IMG/VR virus record: IMGVR_UViG_3300012979_000010
Span: 1-40,685 of that record
Strand: one strand, 5' to 3'
Length of the DNA: 40,685 bases
Origin: a virus
A model generated the notes under the pieces. It had not been told where the DNA came from and did not search any database. It saw only the letters and a list, made by a program, of their open reading frames with translations. The position numbers and the translations under genes are program-made. This document shows, in pieces, positions 19,671-29,701 of the stretch (positions within the stretch are counted from its first letter, which is position 1; each line of letters opens with the position of its first letter).

Positions 19671-21086
19671 ATGGTAACAATGCAATACCGAAAGGTGGCG
19701 GACATTGCCAAGTTGGAAGGCAATCCGCGAAAGATAGATAAGGAAGATATGGCGCGATTGAAGCAATCCATAGAAGGGTTGCCCGATTACTTTGAAGCGC
19801 ATCCAATAGTCCTTTCAGACAGAACGGGCAAACTTGTTGTTATTGATGGCAACCAACGGCTTGAAGCTGCACGTCAATTAGGGTGGGAAGAAATTCCAAC
19901 CGCCTTGCTATCGGGATTGACCGAAGAAAAGGAACGCGAAATCATTATCCGCGCCAACGTGAACAATGGCGAATGGGATATGGAATTGCTACAAGAGTGG
20001 GACAAGGAGCAGCTTGAAGATTGGGGTGTTGATGTAGAGTGGGAAGAAGAAAACGAAGATATACCAAGCATAGGTGCAAAAGGAAGCCTTGCAGAAAAAT
20101 TTGGTATTATTCCTTTTTCTGTGTTAGACACACGAAAGGGCGAATGGCAAAGCAGAAAGAAAGTATGGTTAGACTTGGGTATAAAGTCAGAGGTAGGACG
20201 GGATGAAAATATGGTATTTGCAAAATCTGTACAAAATACAGCAGTATATGAAGTAAAGAATTATTTAAGAGAGAAACTTAAAAGAGAACCTACATGGGAT
20301 GAAACAATAAAATATTGCGAAGATAAAGGTCTGAAATTGCACAAAGGAACATCTATTTTCGACCCAGTACTTTGTGAGATGATGTATCGTTGGTTTAATG
20401 TTAATGGTGGAGTAGTTATAGATCCTTTTGCTGGTGGAAGTGTTCGCGGCATAGTAGCGGCAAAGCTCGGAATGCATTACAATGGATGTGATTTGCGTCA
20501 AGAACAGATAGCTGCTAATATTGAAAACGGCAAAGAGGTGTTGACAGAAGGAGAGCCTTTCCCAAACTGGGTGTGTGGCGATAGCTGCGACATAGATAAG
20601 CACCTTGAAGGAGTAAAAGCTGACATGATAATGACTTGTCCGCCTTATGCAGATTTGGAGGTATATAGCGACAACCCGAAGGATCTATCTACAATGGATT
20701 ATAAAGACTTTCTTGAAGCATACCGCAAGATTATAAAGAAAACGGCTGATATGCTAAAAGAAAATCGTTTTGCGGTGTTTGTAGTTGGAGAGGTGCGCGA
20801 CAAGAAAGGATATTATTATAATTTTGTCGGCGACACGATAAAGGCTGGTATAGATGCAGGGCTTAAATATTACAACGAAGTAGTATTAGTAAATAATACA
20901 TCTACACTTGCTAATAGATTAGGCAGATACATGAATGTTGGTCGCAAGGTAGGAAAACATCATCAAAACGTAATTATATTTTACAAAGATGGGGGGGCGA
21001 AAAAGATTAAAGATGAATTTCCAACTATTGATTTGCGCGAGGAAGATATAAAGGCGCAAATAGAAGCAGAGGAAGGACTAATTTAA
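19671..21086 (+). CDS. ParB-like nuclease domain fused to a DNA methyltransferase
   Basis: The N-terminus LEGNPRKIDKEDMARLKQSIEGL...VVIDGNQRLEAARQLGWEEIP is a ParB N-terminal-type domain. The C-terminal part has VVIDPFAGGSVRG (motif I) and MIMTCPPYADLEVY (PPY motif IV). Confidence 0.8.
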   Translation: MVTMQYRKVADIAKLEGNPRKIDKEDMARLKQSIEGLPDYFEAHPIVLSDRTGKLVVIDGNQRLEAARQLGWEEIPTALLSGLTEEKEREIIIRANVNNGEWDMELLQEWDKEQLEDWGVDVEWEEENEDIPSIGAKGSLAEKFGIIPFSVLDTRKGEWQSRKKVWLDLGIKSEVGRDENMVFAKSVQNTAVYEVKNYLREKLKREPTWDETIKYCEDKGLKLHKGTSIFDPVLCEMMYRWFNVNGGVVIDPFAGGSVRGIVAAKLGMHYNGCDLRQEQIAANIENGKEVLTEGEPFPNWVCGDSCDIDKHLEGVKADMIMTCPPYADLEVYSDNPKDLSTMDYKDFLEAYRKIIKKTADMLKENRFAVFVVGEVRDKKGYYYNFVGDTIKAGIDAGLKYYNEVVLVNNTSTLANRLGRYMNVGRKVGKHHQNVIIFYKDGGAKKIKDEFPTIDLREEDIKAQIEAEEGLI

Positions 21087-21171
21087 TTTACCCTTAAGGG
21101 AAAATAAATTTTCTGTTAATGGAAAATAAAAAAGTGATTAAAGAATGTATAACTAAATACACCGAACAGAT

Positions 21172-21663
21172 ATGAAGTATTCACCGAACAAAATACGTGA
21201 ATGTGCCGAGTGGGTTCGGCAGAATGGATTGATGGAGTATGGCGGAGCAACCTTCAAGGAGTTTTGCGAAGCTATGGGAATAGATGATATGACGCATTAC
21301 AGATGGATGAATAATGCGGAGTATGCGGAAGCAATTAAAAGAGCGCAAGCCGATTACAAAGATACACTGGAAGTTAGCCTTGTTGATAGCCTTGTAAGGA
21401 AGGCACGCGGTTACGATATGGAAGAAAAGAAAACGGAGTATGTGAACGTTGATGGGCAGAAAAAGATTAAGCGACAAACCACCACAACAAAGCATTTCCA
21501 ACCCGACACTGGTGCGGCTATCTTCCTACTGACTAACGTAGCACCCGACAGATGGAAGAACAAGATTAACAACGAGCATTCGGGCGAGGTGGCAAGCGGA
21601 TTGACTATTATCGTGAAGGATGAAGAAGAGAAAGAACTAATCAAGTCAATAGAGAATCTGTAA
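21172..21663 (+). CDS. terS: Putative terminase small subunit
   Basis: 163 aa directly upstream of terL and sharing a stop/start overlap with it. The N-terminal part is HTH-like (FKEFCEAMGIDDMTHYRWMNN). Confidence 0.55.
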   Translation: MKYSPNKIRECAEWVRQNGLMEYGGATFKEFCEAMGIDDMTHYRWMNNAEYAEAIKRAQADYKDTLEVSLVDSLVRKARGYDMEEKKTEYVNVDGQKKIKRQTTTTKHFQPDTGAAIFLLTNVAPDRWKNKINNEHSGEVASGLTIIVKDEEEKELIKSIENL

Positions 21664-22841
21664 TGAATCCAACGAAGGTATATAAGGACAATCTTAATGC
21701 CTGGCGCGAAAGGAAGCGACTAATAGCTAATCGTGGTGGCACAAGAAGTGGGAAAACCTACTCTCTTGTGTCGCTTTTTGTTTGTGTGGCAATGCAAGCC
21801 AAGCAGAAGCGCACGATTGATATTGTGTCGGAAAGCCTTCCGCACTTGAAACGTGGTGCAATAAACGATATAGAGGACATCCTAACCAACGAACAGATGA
21901 TTGAAGATGTTCACTACATCAAGAACAGAAGCGACCACACCTACCTATTCAAGAGCGGCACGCAGATAAGGTTTTTCAGTGCTGACGATTGGGGCAAGGT
22001 CAAAGGTTCGCGTAGGGATGTGTTATTCATCAACGAGTGCAATCGTATCAGTTGGGAAGTGTACCGCCAGCTTGCGGTGCGTACTACTGAGTGCATCTTC
22101 CTTGATTGGAATCCCGATAGTGAGTTTTGGTATGAGCAGAAGGGATTGAACACGAAGGACACAACGAAAGAGATACATTCTACCTACAAGGATAACCCAT
22201 ACTTAACCGAAGTGCAAGTAGCCGAGATTGAAAGCAACAAGAGCGATGAGAATTGGTGGAAGGTGTACGGTTTGGGCGAGGTAGGTCGCCCACAAGGGGT
22301 TATCTATGACCGTTGGCAACAAGTGAACGCAATCCCCGAAGGTGCTACACTGATAGCGCGAGGTCTTGACTTCGGTTTCACGAATGACCCTACCGCGATT
22401 GTGGATGTGTACAAGTACGATGGTAAGTTGTGGCTTGATGAGCTATGCTACCAACGCGGCATGACGAATGATAAGATAGCCGAGTTATTAAGGGGCAAGG
22501 ATGGAACAACCGTAGCGGATAGCGCGGAAATGAAATCAATCACCGAGATATACAACTACGGCATTCGTAGGATAGAGCCTGCACAAAAGGGCGCAGATTC
22601 TGTGCGTGTTGGTATTGATATTCTTCGTAGGTATGAGTTGATGGTAACAAAGCGGAGCCTTAACCTTATCTACGAACTACGAAACTACAAGTGGAAGGAC
22701 AACAAAATCACTGGCGAAACGATGAACGAACCAGTGGATAAGTTCAACCACCTTCTTGATGCAGCGCGCTATGTCGCGTTGAATATGCTTTCGGAAAAAC
22801 CAACGATAAAACGCCCAAGGGCAAGAATCAGTACGATATGA
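21663..22841 (+). CDS. terL: Terminase large subunit
   Basis: Walker A NRGGTRSGKTYS. The size and the C-terminal nuclease-like part are typical of PBSX/Terminase_3-type TerL. Confidence 0.8.
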   Translation: MNPTKVYKDNLNAWRERKRLIANRGGTRSGKTYSLVSLFVCVAMQAKQKRTIDIVSESLPHLKRGAINDIEDILTNEQMIEDVHYIKNRSDHTYLFKSGTQIRFFSADDWGKVKGSRRDVLFINECNRISWEVYRQLAVRTTECIFLDWNPDSEFWYEQKGLNTKDTTKEIHSTYKDNPYLTEVQVAEIESNKSDENWWKVYGLGEVGRPQGVIYDRWQQVNAIPEGATLIARGLDFGFTNDPTAIVDVYKYDGKLWLDELCYQRGMTNDKIAELLRGKDGTTVADSAEMKSITEIYNYGIRRIEPAQKGADSVRVGIDILRRYELMVTKRSLNLIYELRNYKWKDNKITGETMNEPVDKFNHLLDAARYVALNMLSEKPTIKRPRARISTI

Positions 22842-23374
22842 CACTGAAGGAATTTTTCATACTTGATAAATTGGTGGCGAACACAGACGAGGTTCAAGAC
22901 CAGATTAAGAACCTACCGAAACCCTATTCAGTAGGCGGAGTGAAAACACCCGATTCGCTTAACGATATAACGATAGGTGAATTGATGGAACTACAAAGCG
23001 CACAGAACGAGCAGGACTTTGTTTTGAAGTGTTGCACGATACTTTTATCGCTTGACGAAAGAAACGCGCTTAAATCGCAAGCAAATGCCGTTATCGGCTT
23101 TGTTATGTGGGTAAGCAAGGAACTTGAACGCATCGGCAAGCTATTCGATAGCACTTCCATTCCACCAACACCCGAGGAGAAGCAAGCCGGTGTGGAGAGT
23201 TTGAAGTTCGGGATGTTCGGTGTGCTTGACTACTATGCCTTACGCATGGGGATAACCGACCATGAAGAGGTGGAGAAAGTGAAGTGGATAAGGGTGTACA
23301 AATGCCTGGATATGGATGCACAGAAAGCGAGATATGAAAAGAGATTACGAACCATTTATGCAAAGAAACAATGA
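22838..23374 (+). CDS. Hypothetical virion-module protein (178 aa)
   Basis: ORF track, with an ATGA overlap to terL. Confidence 0.6.
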   Translation: MTLKEFFILDKLVANTDEVQDQIKNLPKPYSVGGVKTPDSLNDITIGELMELQSAQNEQDFVLKCCTILLSLDERNALKSQANAVIGFVMWVSKELERIGKLFDSTSIPPTPEEKQAGVESLKFGMFGVLDYYALRMGITDHEEVEKVKWIRVYKCLDMDAQKARYEKRLRTIYAKKQ

Positions 23375-23832
23375 ACACGATTGAACAGAAGATTAGAATC
23401 ATTGCCGAGAGAATGGGCAATGTGAACTACCTCTATGATGGGTGGGGATTGATTAACTTGAGAGCCGACCAAACACCTACACCGATAATGGTTAATGTGT
23501 TGCCGGTGGCTGGGGCATTCCATTTGAATGGTCGTAGGATAACCGAAAGCGAGGAATGCTTGATTGGCTTCCTTGATAAGACAGAGTTCGACTTTGACGG
23601 CGTGAAGAACAACGAAGTCATTGAACGATGTAAGAAGCTTGCACTTGAATTCTTGATGACCTTGAATGAGAGCGGCCTATTTGAGACGGTAAGCGGTGAT
23701 GTGTCATTCGGCATTGAGTACAACTTGCTTGATGTGAATATGACGGGTGTAGTGCTTTCCTTGCGACTTGAGGAGAAGGAGGGCGTAGTAATGTGCTTTG
23801 GCAAACCAATAAAGGACTACTTCAATGGATGA
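23371..23832 (+). CDS. Hypothetical virion-module protein (153 aa)
   Basis: ORF track. Confidence 0.6.
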   Translation: MNTIEQKIRIIAERMGNVNYLYDGWGLINLRADQTPTPIMVNVLPVAGAFHLNGRRITESEECLIGFLDKTEFDFDGVKNNEVIERCKKLALEFLMTLNESGLFETVSGDVSFGIEYNLLDVNMTGVVLSLRLEEKEGVVMCFGKPIKDYFNG

Positions 23833-24337
23833 TGTGAAGAAGATACTTGGCATTGCGCTTGAGGAATTGCGCCAACGGATAATTGCAAACCATGTGGCGG
23901 CTGGGCAAGTGGCAAGCGGAAGAACGAGGGCAAGCCTTCGGGTGGAAGTGCGCGAGAATGAAGGTATATTGTGGGGGCGCAGTCCGTTCGGTACACTTGA
24001 AACGGGGCGCAAGCCAGGCAAGACACCGCAAGGCTTTGTAGGCATTATCCGCCAATGGATGAAGGACAAGGGAATACAAGCTGCACCCATTCCGTATGTG
24101 CGGCAACCTTCGGAAAGGTGGCAACCCAAGTACACACCCCAAGAACGCGGTAACCTTTCGCTTGCTGGTGCTATTGCGCATAACATCAAGACGAAAGGCA
24201 CAAGCCTATATCGCAGAGGTGGAAGGGATGACATCTACTCAAACGAGATACAGAGAACCATCAACGAAGTGCAAGACAAGCTGATGGTAATTTATACTAC
24301 ACAAATCGATAACATTAACTTAAATTCACGAACATGA
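23825..24337 (+). CDS. Hypothetical virion-module protein (170 aa), locally GC-rich
   Basis: ORF track. Only here are three overlapping antisense ORFs generated, consistent with a GC-rich, stop-poor segment. Confidence 0.6.
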   Translation: MDDVKKILGIALEELRQRIIANHVAAGQVASGRTRASLRVEVRENEGILWGRSPFGTLETGRKPGKTPQGFVGIIRQWMKDKGIQAAPIPYVRQPSERWQPKYTPQERGNLSLAGAIAHNIKTKGTSLYRRGGRDDIYSNEIQRTINEVQDKLMVIYTTQIDNINLNSRT

Positions 24338-25335
24338 GAGAAGCTTTACTTTCGGGAAGAACGATATTAGTACCCGACAATGTTACGTTTGCATTCAACC
24401 CCATGCGCGTTAAGATTGACGATGCAGCAGGGGCTATTGCTATCTCTATCACGGATGGAGAGCAAACATTCACAGATGAACGCGAGCCGATAGGCGGCAA
24501 GGTTGCATTTGATTTATCTGTATATGCGCGTAGTTTCTTTGATAACACCATTCACGATGTAAATGCAAAGGAATTAACTTGCACGATAACAGAAGGACTG
24601 AACGAGTATAGTTTCACAACCTATGTTATGTGGGGAGCAATGAATTTCTATGAGCAATTCAACCGACAGAGAAAGGTTACATGGTTTAAGAACTTTCCGT
24701 TCAAATTTAACCTATATGTGCCACAAGGTGCAATCGTAAGAACGCGCTACGATAAGAATGGATATTCATCGGCAACCCTTCAAGAAGGATTGATAAGCAT
24801 TAACCCGAATGAGTTGTTCAACCCTTCGGAGTTTGGCGTAATCAGAATGGATAACTATATCCAACCGAGTGTGTGGGAGTATACCTTTGATGAAACCTTT
24901 CGCGGTGTTGATGAAGGTACACACATCAGCCGCTTGGTTGTAGATGAATGCACGAATGGTGTTTATCTGCGATGGGTAGATAGACATGGATTTGTGCAGT
25001 ATTACCTATTCAAGACTGGCGATGATATTTACCAAACAAAGGCAGAAGGTCAAGAAATGAACATAGACTATGAAACGTGGTATGATTTCGGAAATGTGCA
25101 AGTGCAACAACGAAAGAGCATGACGCGAAGCATTAAGGCAGGTGCAAGCCTTGTAGATCAAGAAACATTCGATATGCTGACAAGTATCTATTCTTCGCCA
25201 TTGGTTGAGTTGTGGTATGATAACGAATGGTTGCCTATACGCATTGCGGATGCAACAATAACCAAAACAAGCAAGCCATTGCAAGATATAGAGATTGAAA
25301 TATTAATGCCAAAAATGATAACACAGAGCCTATGA
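24334..25335 (+). CDS. Putative tail/baseplate-associated structural protein (333 aa)
   Basis: ORF track. Assigned from its position between terL and the tape measure; no family recognised. Confidence 0.45.
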   Translation: MREALLSGRTILVPDNVTFAFNPMRVKIDDAAGAIAISITDGEQTFTDEREPIGGKVAFDLSVYARSFFDNTIHDVNAKELTCTITEGLNEYSFTTYVMWGAMNFYEQFNRQRKVTWFKNFPFKFNLYVPQGAIVRTRYDKNGYSSATLQEGLISINPNELFNPSEFGVIRMDNYIQPSVWEYTFDETFRGVDEGTHISRLVVDECTNGVYLRWVDRHGFVQYYLFKTGDDIYQTKAEGQEMNIDYETWYDFGNVQVQQRKSMTRSIKAGASLVDQETFDMLTSIYSSPLVELWYDNEWLPIRIADATITKTSKPLQDIEIEILMPKMITQSL

Positions 25336-27143
25336 GATATGAATTATACATAGACGAAAGAAGGGTGGACTTGTCGGATGATAACATAGCCTTGAACTAC
25401 AAGAGCAATCTGTTATCCGACATTACCAAGATTGTGAGCAACAATAGCTACACAATCAAGCTGCCCAAGACGAGCAACAACATGGCATTGTTTGGTCATG
25501 CTGAAATGGTTAGTTCAAGCACGCGCTTTCCCTACGTTAGCCACAATGGGATATTATTCCGCGATGGCATTGAGATAATCAGAGGTGCATCGGTGGTGTT
25601 GTTGAAGATAGGCGATGGGATAGAAATCGCGCTTGTATGGAACGATACAAAAGCCTTCAACAAGATGATAAGCGAGGGCGCATCCCTTCGAGATATGCCG
25701 ACAGAGAGCGAAAGGGTGGTGTGGAAGTTCTACTACAACCATGAGAACGAGTACTACCCGATTGATAACTACGGATGGGGATTGCCCCCAATGGGCGATG
25801 ATAACTACACCGCACATCCATGCGTTAAGGTTAGCAAGATATTATCTTGGATGGAAGCCTACAATGGTGTGAAGTTTAACATACCAACAGAGCGACAAGC
25901 ATTTATCAATAGCTTGGTTGTGCCGTTGATAAGCAAAGAACCCGATGCAAACTTGAATCCTGGCACTAAACTTAACTTTAGGCGCGATTTTAGCAACGCG
26001 AATTGGGTAAACTTGAACTATATCAGCTATCAACCCGAAGGAAGTATAGACGAGGAGTTAGGCTCAATGCAAAATGATGGCTTGCGGACATCCTTCCGAG
26101 TGGCGCAAGACATGGAGAACGTGTCGCTTTACTTCAATATATGGCTAACGATTGACAATGTTATTGACTTGCGCGACTTGAATGTGAGAATATCAGCAAC
26201 CAACGGCACATCACCAGCGCGTGATATATATTTCGGTAAGGCATTGGTAAGGGAAACATCAACAGGGTTGAGTGTAAGCGCAGGCGGACACTTATCGGGT
26301 GTTCAGTTATTCGCTGACGAGTATATTCATGTGGGGATATTTGCACCTCAAGGAAACTACACCGCTGATGGTTACATGAACATGGAACTTTCCTTGTTAC
26401 CTACCGAATTGAAGAAAGGCGATTACTTCCCACTGGTTAAGAACTTGCCCGACATGAAGCAAGTTGATTTCTTGAAGGCGATTGCACAGATGGCTGGGAT
26501 GTATGCTTATCCAGATAAATCGGGTAACATTACCTTCGTGACCTTTGAATCGTTGTACAACAACAAGGCTATTGCACAAGATTGGACGGACATCGTGGTG
26601 GAGCAAGAAGATGAACTTGCAAGGAATATTGAATATACATTGAACGATACCGCACAACGAAACTGGTACAGATACAAGGAAGATTCATCGTACCGCTACA
26701 AGACGAATGGAGATGCCTATATCCAAGTGAACAATCGCACACTTGAAGCCGAGAAGGATGTTGTAGAGTTACCTTTTGCAGCTTCACTGAACGATTTTGT
26801 CATGGCTTATTCGTACAAGGTAGGCGAAGAATCGAACTACGAAGGAAGCGAAGATAGAATATTTGTGATGTACACAACGGAAGAAGGCGGTTTCACGCGC
26901 TATTATGCTACGTTTAATAGCCTTGAATGGGGGCAGCTATTGTTCAACCACTATGCGGAGTATAGCAAAATGCTTGCCGATACGAAAGTGATAACAGAGT
27001 ATGTAAACCTTTCGAGCATAGATCTAAAAAACGTGCAGATGAATGTTCCTATTTATCTCGGTCAGCATGGCGCGTACTTTGCGATTGTAACAATCGTAAC
27101 AAAAGAGAATGATATTTGCGAAGTAAAACTTGTTAAAATGTAA
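25332..27143 (+). CDS. Putative tail/baseplate structural protein (603 aa)
   Basis: ORF track. It is large, beta-rich, and adjacent to the tape measure. Confidence 0.45.
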   Translation: MRYELYIDERRVDLSDDNIALNYKSNLLSDITKIVSNNSYTIKLPKTSNNMALFGHAEMVSSSTRFPYVSHNGILFRDGIEIIRGASVVLLKIGDGIEIALVWNDTKAFNKMISEGASLRDMPTESERVVWKFYYNHENEYYPIDNYGWGLPPMGDDNYTAHPCVKVSKILSWMEAYNGVKFNIPTERQAFINSLVVPLISKEPDANLNPGTKLNFRRDFSNANWVNLNYISYQPEGSIDEELGSMQNDGLRTSFRVAQDMENVSLYFNIWLTIDNVIDLRDLNVRISATNGTSPARDIYFGKALVRETSTGLSVSAGGHLSGVQLFADEYIHVGIFAPQGNYTADGYMNMELSLLPTELKKGDYFPLVKNLPDMKQVDFLKAIAQMAGMYAYPDKSGNITFVTFESLYNNKAIAQDWTDIVVEQEDELARNIEYTLNDTAQRNWYRYKEDSSYRYKTNGDAYIQVNNRTLEAEKDVVELPFAASLNDFVMAYSYKVGEESNYEGSEDRIFVMYTTEEGGFTRYYATFNSLEWGQLLFNHYAEYSKMLADTKVITEYVNLSSIDLKNVQMNVPIYLGQHGAYFAIVTIVTKENDICEVKLVKM

Positions 27144-27147
27144 AGAT

Positions 27148-29361
27148 ATGGCAGAAAATGTAGAAAGAGTACTGGATATCAAAGTCAATTATGGCGAAGC
27201 TATCAAGGCAATAGCTGAATACCAAACCGCCATTGATGGCATGAAGAAGAACGAAAGCGAGTTAAAGGATGAACTTGCAAAAGGAAATATAACTCGCCAG
27301 GAATATAACGAGAAGATGACCGAATCAAAGGTAAAGACAAACGAGTTGAAAGCGGCTCAAAAGGTGTTGCAAAACCAAATGGATGGGCAACTGAAAGTGG
27401 CCAGGGATTTGAACGAGGTGCGCAAGGCCGCCGACCAAATTGTAGGGAAAGAGGTGCGCTCAATCAAGGAAGCAACCGAACAGAATAGAATACTTCGGGA
27501 AGCGGTAAGGAACATTACCGATGAAGAAGAAGGCGCATACGAATTAAGGCAAAAGCTGAACAGACAGATAGAAGTAAACACAGATTACATCAGAAGAAAC
27601 TCTGATGCGTATGTTCAGCAGAAGATGAATATCGGAGCCTATAAGGAAAGCATCTTGCAATCCGTAGCAGCATTGAAACAAGGCGGCATGACAATGGATT
27701 CAGTAGGTATCATTGCAAAGAACTTTGCAAATATTCTGAATAAGGATATGCGCTCGGGTTTTGCTTCCCTTGTAACAAGTGGAGAACGATTGACTGGTGT
27801 CTTGAAGTTAGTTAGAACGGCAATGCTTGCGGTTCCTATCATGGCGATAGTAACGGCTCTTGCATCGTTGGCAGCAGCTTTCACACGCACACAAGCAGGC
27901 TCGGAGGGTTTTCAAAAGATTATGGCCGGTATCGGTGCAACCTTTGATGTGGTGCTTGACCGATTAGCAACCTTTGGCAATGCGGTTGTGAAGTTCTTTA
28001 AGGGCGATTTTAGCGGAGCGGCAGAAGAAGCGAAGAAAGCCTTCACGGGTATTGGCGAAGAAATAAAGAACGAGTATGAAGCTGCAAGCAAGTTAAAGGC
28101 CGAAATGATTGCCATTGAAAAGGCTGAAACACTACTCAATGCACAAAGAGCGAAATCAAGAGCCGAAATAGAGAAGTTGAAGTTTGCCGCAGAAGATGCA
28201 TCACGATCTAACGAAGAGCGAATGAGGGCGGCACAAGCTGCATTCAGTTTGGAGCAAGATTTGGAGAAGAAACAAATGGATTTGCAGAAACGCAGAATTG
28301 CGAATATGCTTGGATATACCGAAGTGACGAAAGAAGTACTTGATGTTATTGAAGAGTTAGGCAAGGAAGGAGCGGATGCAGATGCAATCATTTCCAAAAT
28401 AGGCTTGTCAGAATCAACACTTGCCGACCTTCAAGATTTAAGTGCCGAGGTGGTTAATCTGTACGATATGCAAGAATCATCATTGACACGACAGATTGAA
28501 TTGAACAACAAGCTGAATGCTTTACGCAAAGATGGAATAGACATTGAAGCCGAGCGGATGGGTATCAGTCAGGAAGAAATGGAAAAACGTGCGGCACTGA
28601 TTGAAGAAACACTTCGACAAGAAGCCGAGCAAGCTGGTGGACTGACCGCCGTAATAGAGAAGATGCATCAAGAGAGTGTTGCGAAAGGCGAGGAACTGAT
28701 GCAGAAACAACGTGAGCAAAGCTTATCCCATGCGGATGAATATGCGCATAAATATGTGGAAATTGAACGAGCTAAAGAAGAAGCAATGGCCGAGATTACG
28801 GGCGGATTGATTGAGCTTACACAAGAGATAGGCGAGAATAACAAAGCCTTTGCGATGGCAAGTAAAGTGCTTGCACTGGCCGAAATCGCCATCAATACCG
28901 GCAAGGCTATTGCGGCTGGTGTTGCACAAGCGCAAAGTGTACCATTCCCCGGCAACCTTGCGGCCATTGCAACAACCATTGCAACTGTAATGGCTAACAT
29001 TACCCAAGCAATTAAGACCGTAAAGAGTGCCAAGTTTGCAACGGGTGGCGATGTTGTAGGAGCTGGAACGGGAACGAGCGATAGCATACCTGCAATGTTA
29101 TCTAATGGCGAATCGGTGCTTACCGCTAATGCAACAAGTATGTTTGCTCCGTTGTTATCAACCTTTAATCAGATGGGCGGTGGTGTGCCTATCTACGGAC
29201 AACAAGCAGGCAGCCAAGCAATGGGCGAAGATATGCTTGCACGAGCATTTGCAAAGGGTGTGGCGAACCTTTCGCCAGTTGTAAGTGTTGAAGAAATCAC
29301 AAGAGTTACTAACCGAGTTAAGGTATTGGAAAATTTGGGTGTAGGATATGAAGGCGTTTGA
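27148..29361 (+). CDS. Tail tape measure protein
   Basis: 737 aa from ATG 27148. It has long coiled coils, internal hydrophobic segments (LAVPIMAIVTALASLAAAF; LAAIATTIATVMANI) and a C-terminal TGTSDSIPAMLSNGESVL motif common in tape-measure proteins. Confidence 0.75.
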   Translation: MAENVERVLDIKVNYGEAIKAIAEYQTAIDGMKKNESELKDELAKGNITRQEYNEKMTESKVKTNELKAAQKVLQNQMDGQLKVARDLNEVRKAADQIVGKEVRSIKEATEQNRILREAVRNITDEEEGAYELRQKLNRQIEVNTDYIRRNSDAYVQQKMNIGAYKESILQSVAALKQGGMTMDSVGIIAKNFANILNKDMRSGFASLVTSGERLTGVLKLVRTAMLAVPIMAIVTALASLAAAFTRTQAGSEGFQKIMAGIGATFDVVLDRLATFGNAVVKFFKGDFSGAAEEAKKAFTGIGEEIKNEYEAASKLKAEMIAIEKAETLLNAQRAKSRAEIEKLKFAAEDASRSNEERMRAAQAAFSLEQDLEKKQMDLQKRRIANMLGYTEVTKEVLDVIEELGKEGADADAIISKIGLSESTLADLQDLSAEVVNLYDMQESSLTRQIELNNKLNALRKDGIDIEAERMGISQEEMEKRAALIEETLRQEAEQAGGLTAVIEKMHQESVAKGEELMQKQREQSLSHADEYAHKYVEIERAKEEAMAEITGGLIELTQEIGENNKAFAMASKVLALAEIAINTGKAIAAGVAQAQSVPFPGNLAAIATTIATVMANITQAIKTVKSAKFATGGDVVGAGTGTSDSIPAMLSNGESVLTANATSMFAPLLSTFNQMGGGVPIYGQQAGSQAMGEDMLARAFAKGVANLSPVVSVEEITRVTNRVKVLENLGVGYEGV

Positions 29362-29581
29362 GTTACTTATAATCAACAAGTCAATGATTGAATTGCTTGC
29401 CAAGAATGACCTTGATGTGGGCGATGTGAAGTACATTGAAGCTTATCAAGAATATTCAAGGCTGATGGCGGAAGGTCACAAGCAGTTGTATGTGATTCAG
29501 TATATTGAGGACGAATACGAAATCAGCAAATCAACCATTAAGCGGCTGATTAAGAAATTCGGCAAGGATGTAGAACTTTAA
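29348..29581 (+). CDS. Small HTH-like protein (77 aa), possible late regulator
   Basis: C-terminal YEISKSTIKRLIKKFG. It lies just before a strong terminator and the head-operon promoter box. Confidence 0.5.
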   Translation: MKAFELLIINKSMIELLAKNDLDVGDVKYIEAYQEYSRLMAEGHKQLYVIQYIEDEYEISKSTIKRLIKKFGKDVEL

Positions 29582-29586
29582 GAAAG

Positions 29587-29611
29587 GGTGGGCGAAAGCC
29601 TGCCTTTTTTT
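29587..29611 (+). terminator. Rho-independent terminator
   Basis: GGTGGGC-GAAA-GCCTGCC (7-bp stem including two G:U pairs, GNRA loop) followed by TTTTTTT. Confidence 0.8.
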
Positions 29612-29673
29612 ATTGGTTCAGTGTGTGAACCCAAGAAATCAAAACATAAATCGTTAATCACTTGGATATAAAG

Positions 29674-29681
29674 TAATTTTG
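29674..29681 (+). promoter_or_regulatory. Bacteroides-type -7 box (TAATTTTG) for the head operon
   Basis: Matches TAnnTTTG, 20 nt upstream of the ATG at 29702. Confidence 0.45.
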
Positions 29682-29701
29682 TTGCAAACAAAAGAGAGAA
29701 T

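Noticed and set aside
21091-21100. Perfect palindrome CCCTTAAGGG plus duplicated GGAAAATAAA words upstream of terS as a pac/cos site or late promoter
   Set aside because: It is a single short palindrome with no loop and no supporting phasing or conservation evidence. Packaging signals cannot be identified from sequence alone.
23704-24234. 176-aa minus-strand ORF and two nested minus-strand ORFs
   Set aside because: They are antisense to a well-phased plus-strand gene in a uniformly plus-strand operon and are explained by local GC richness.
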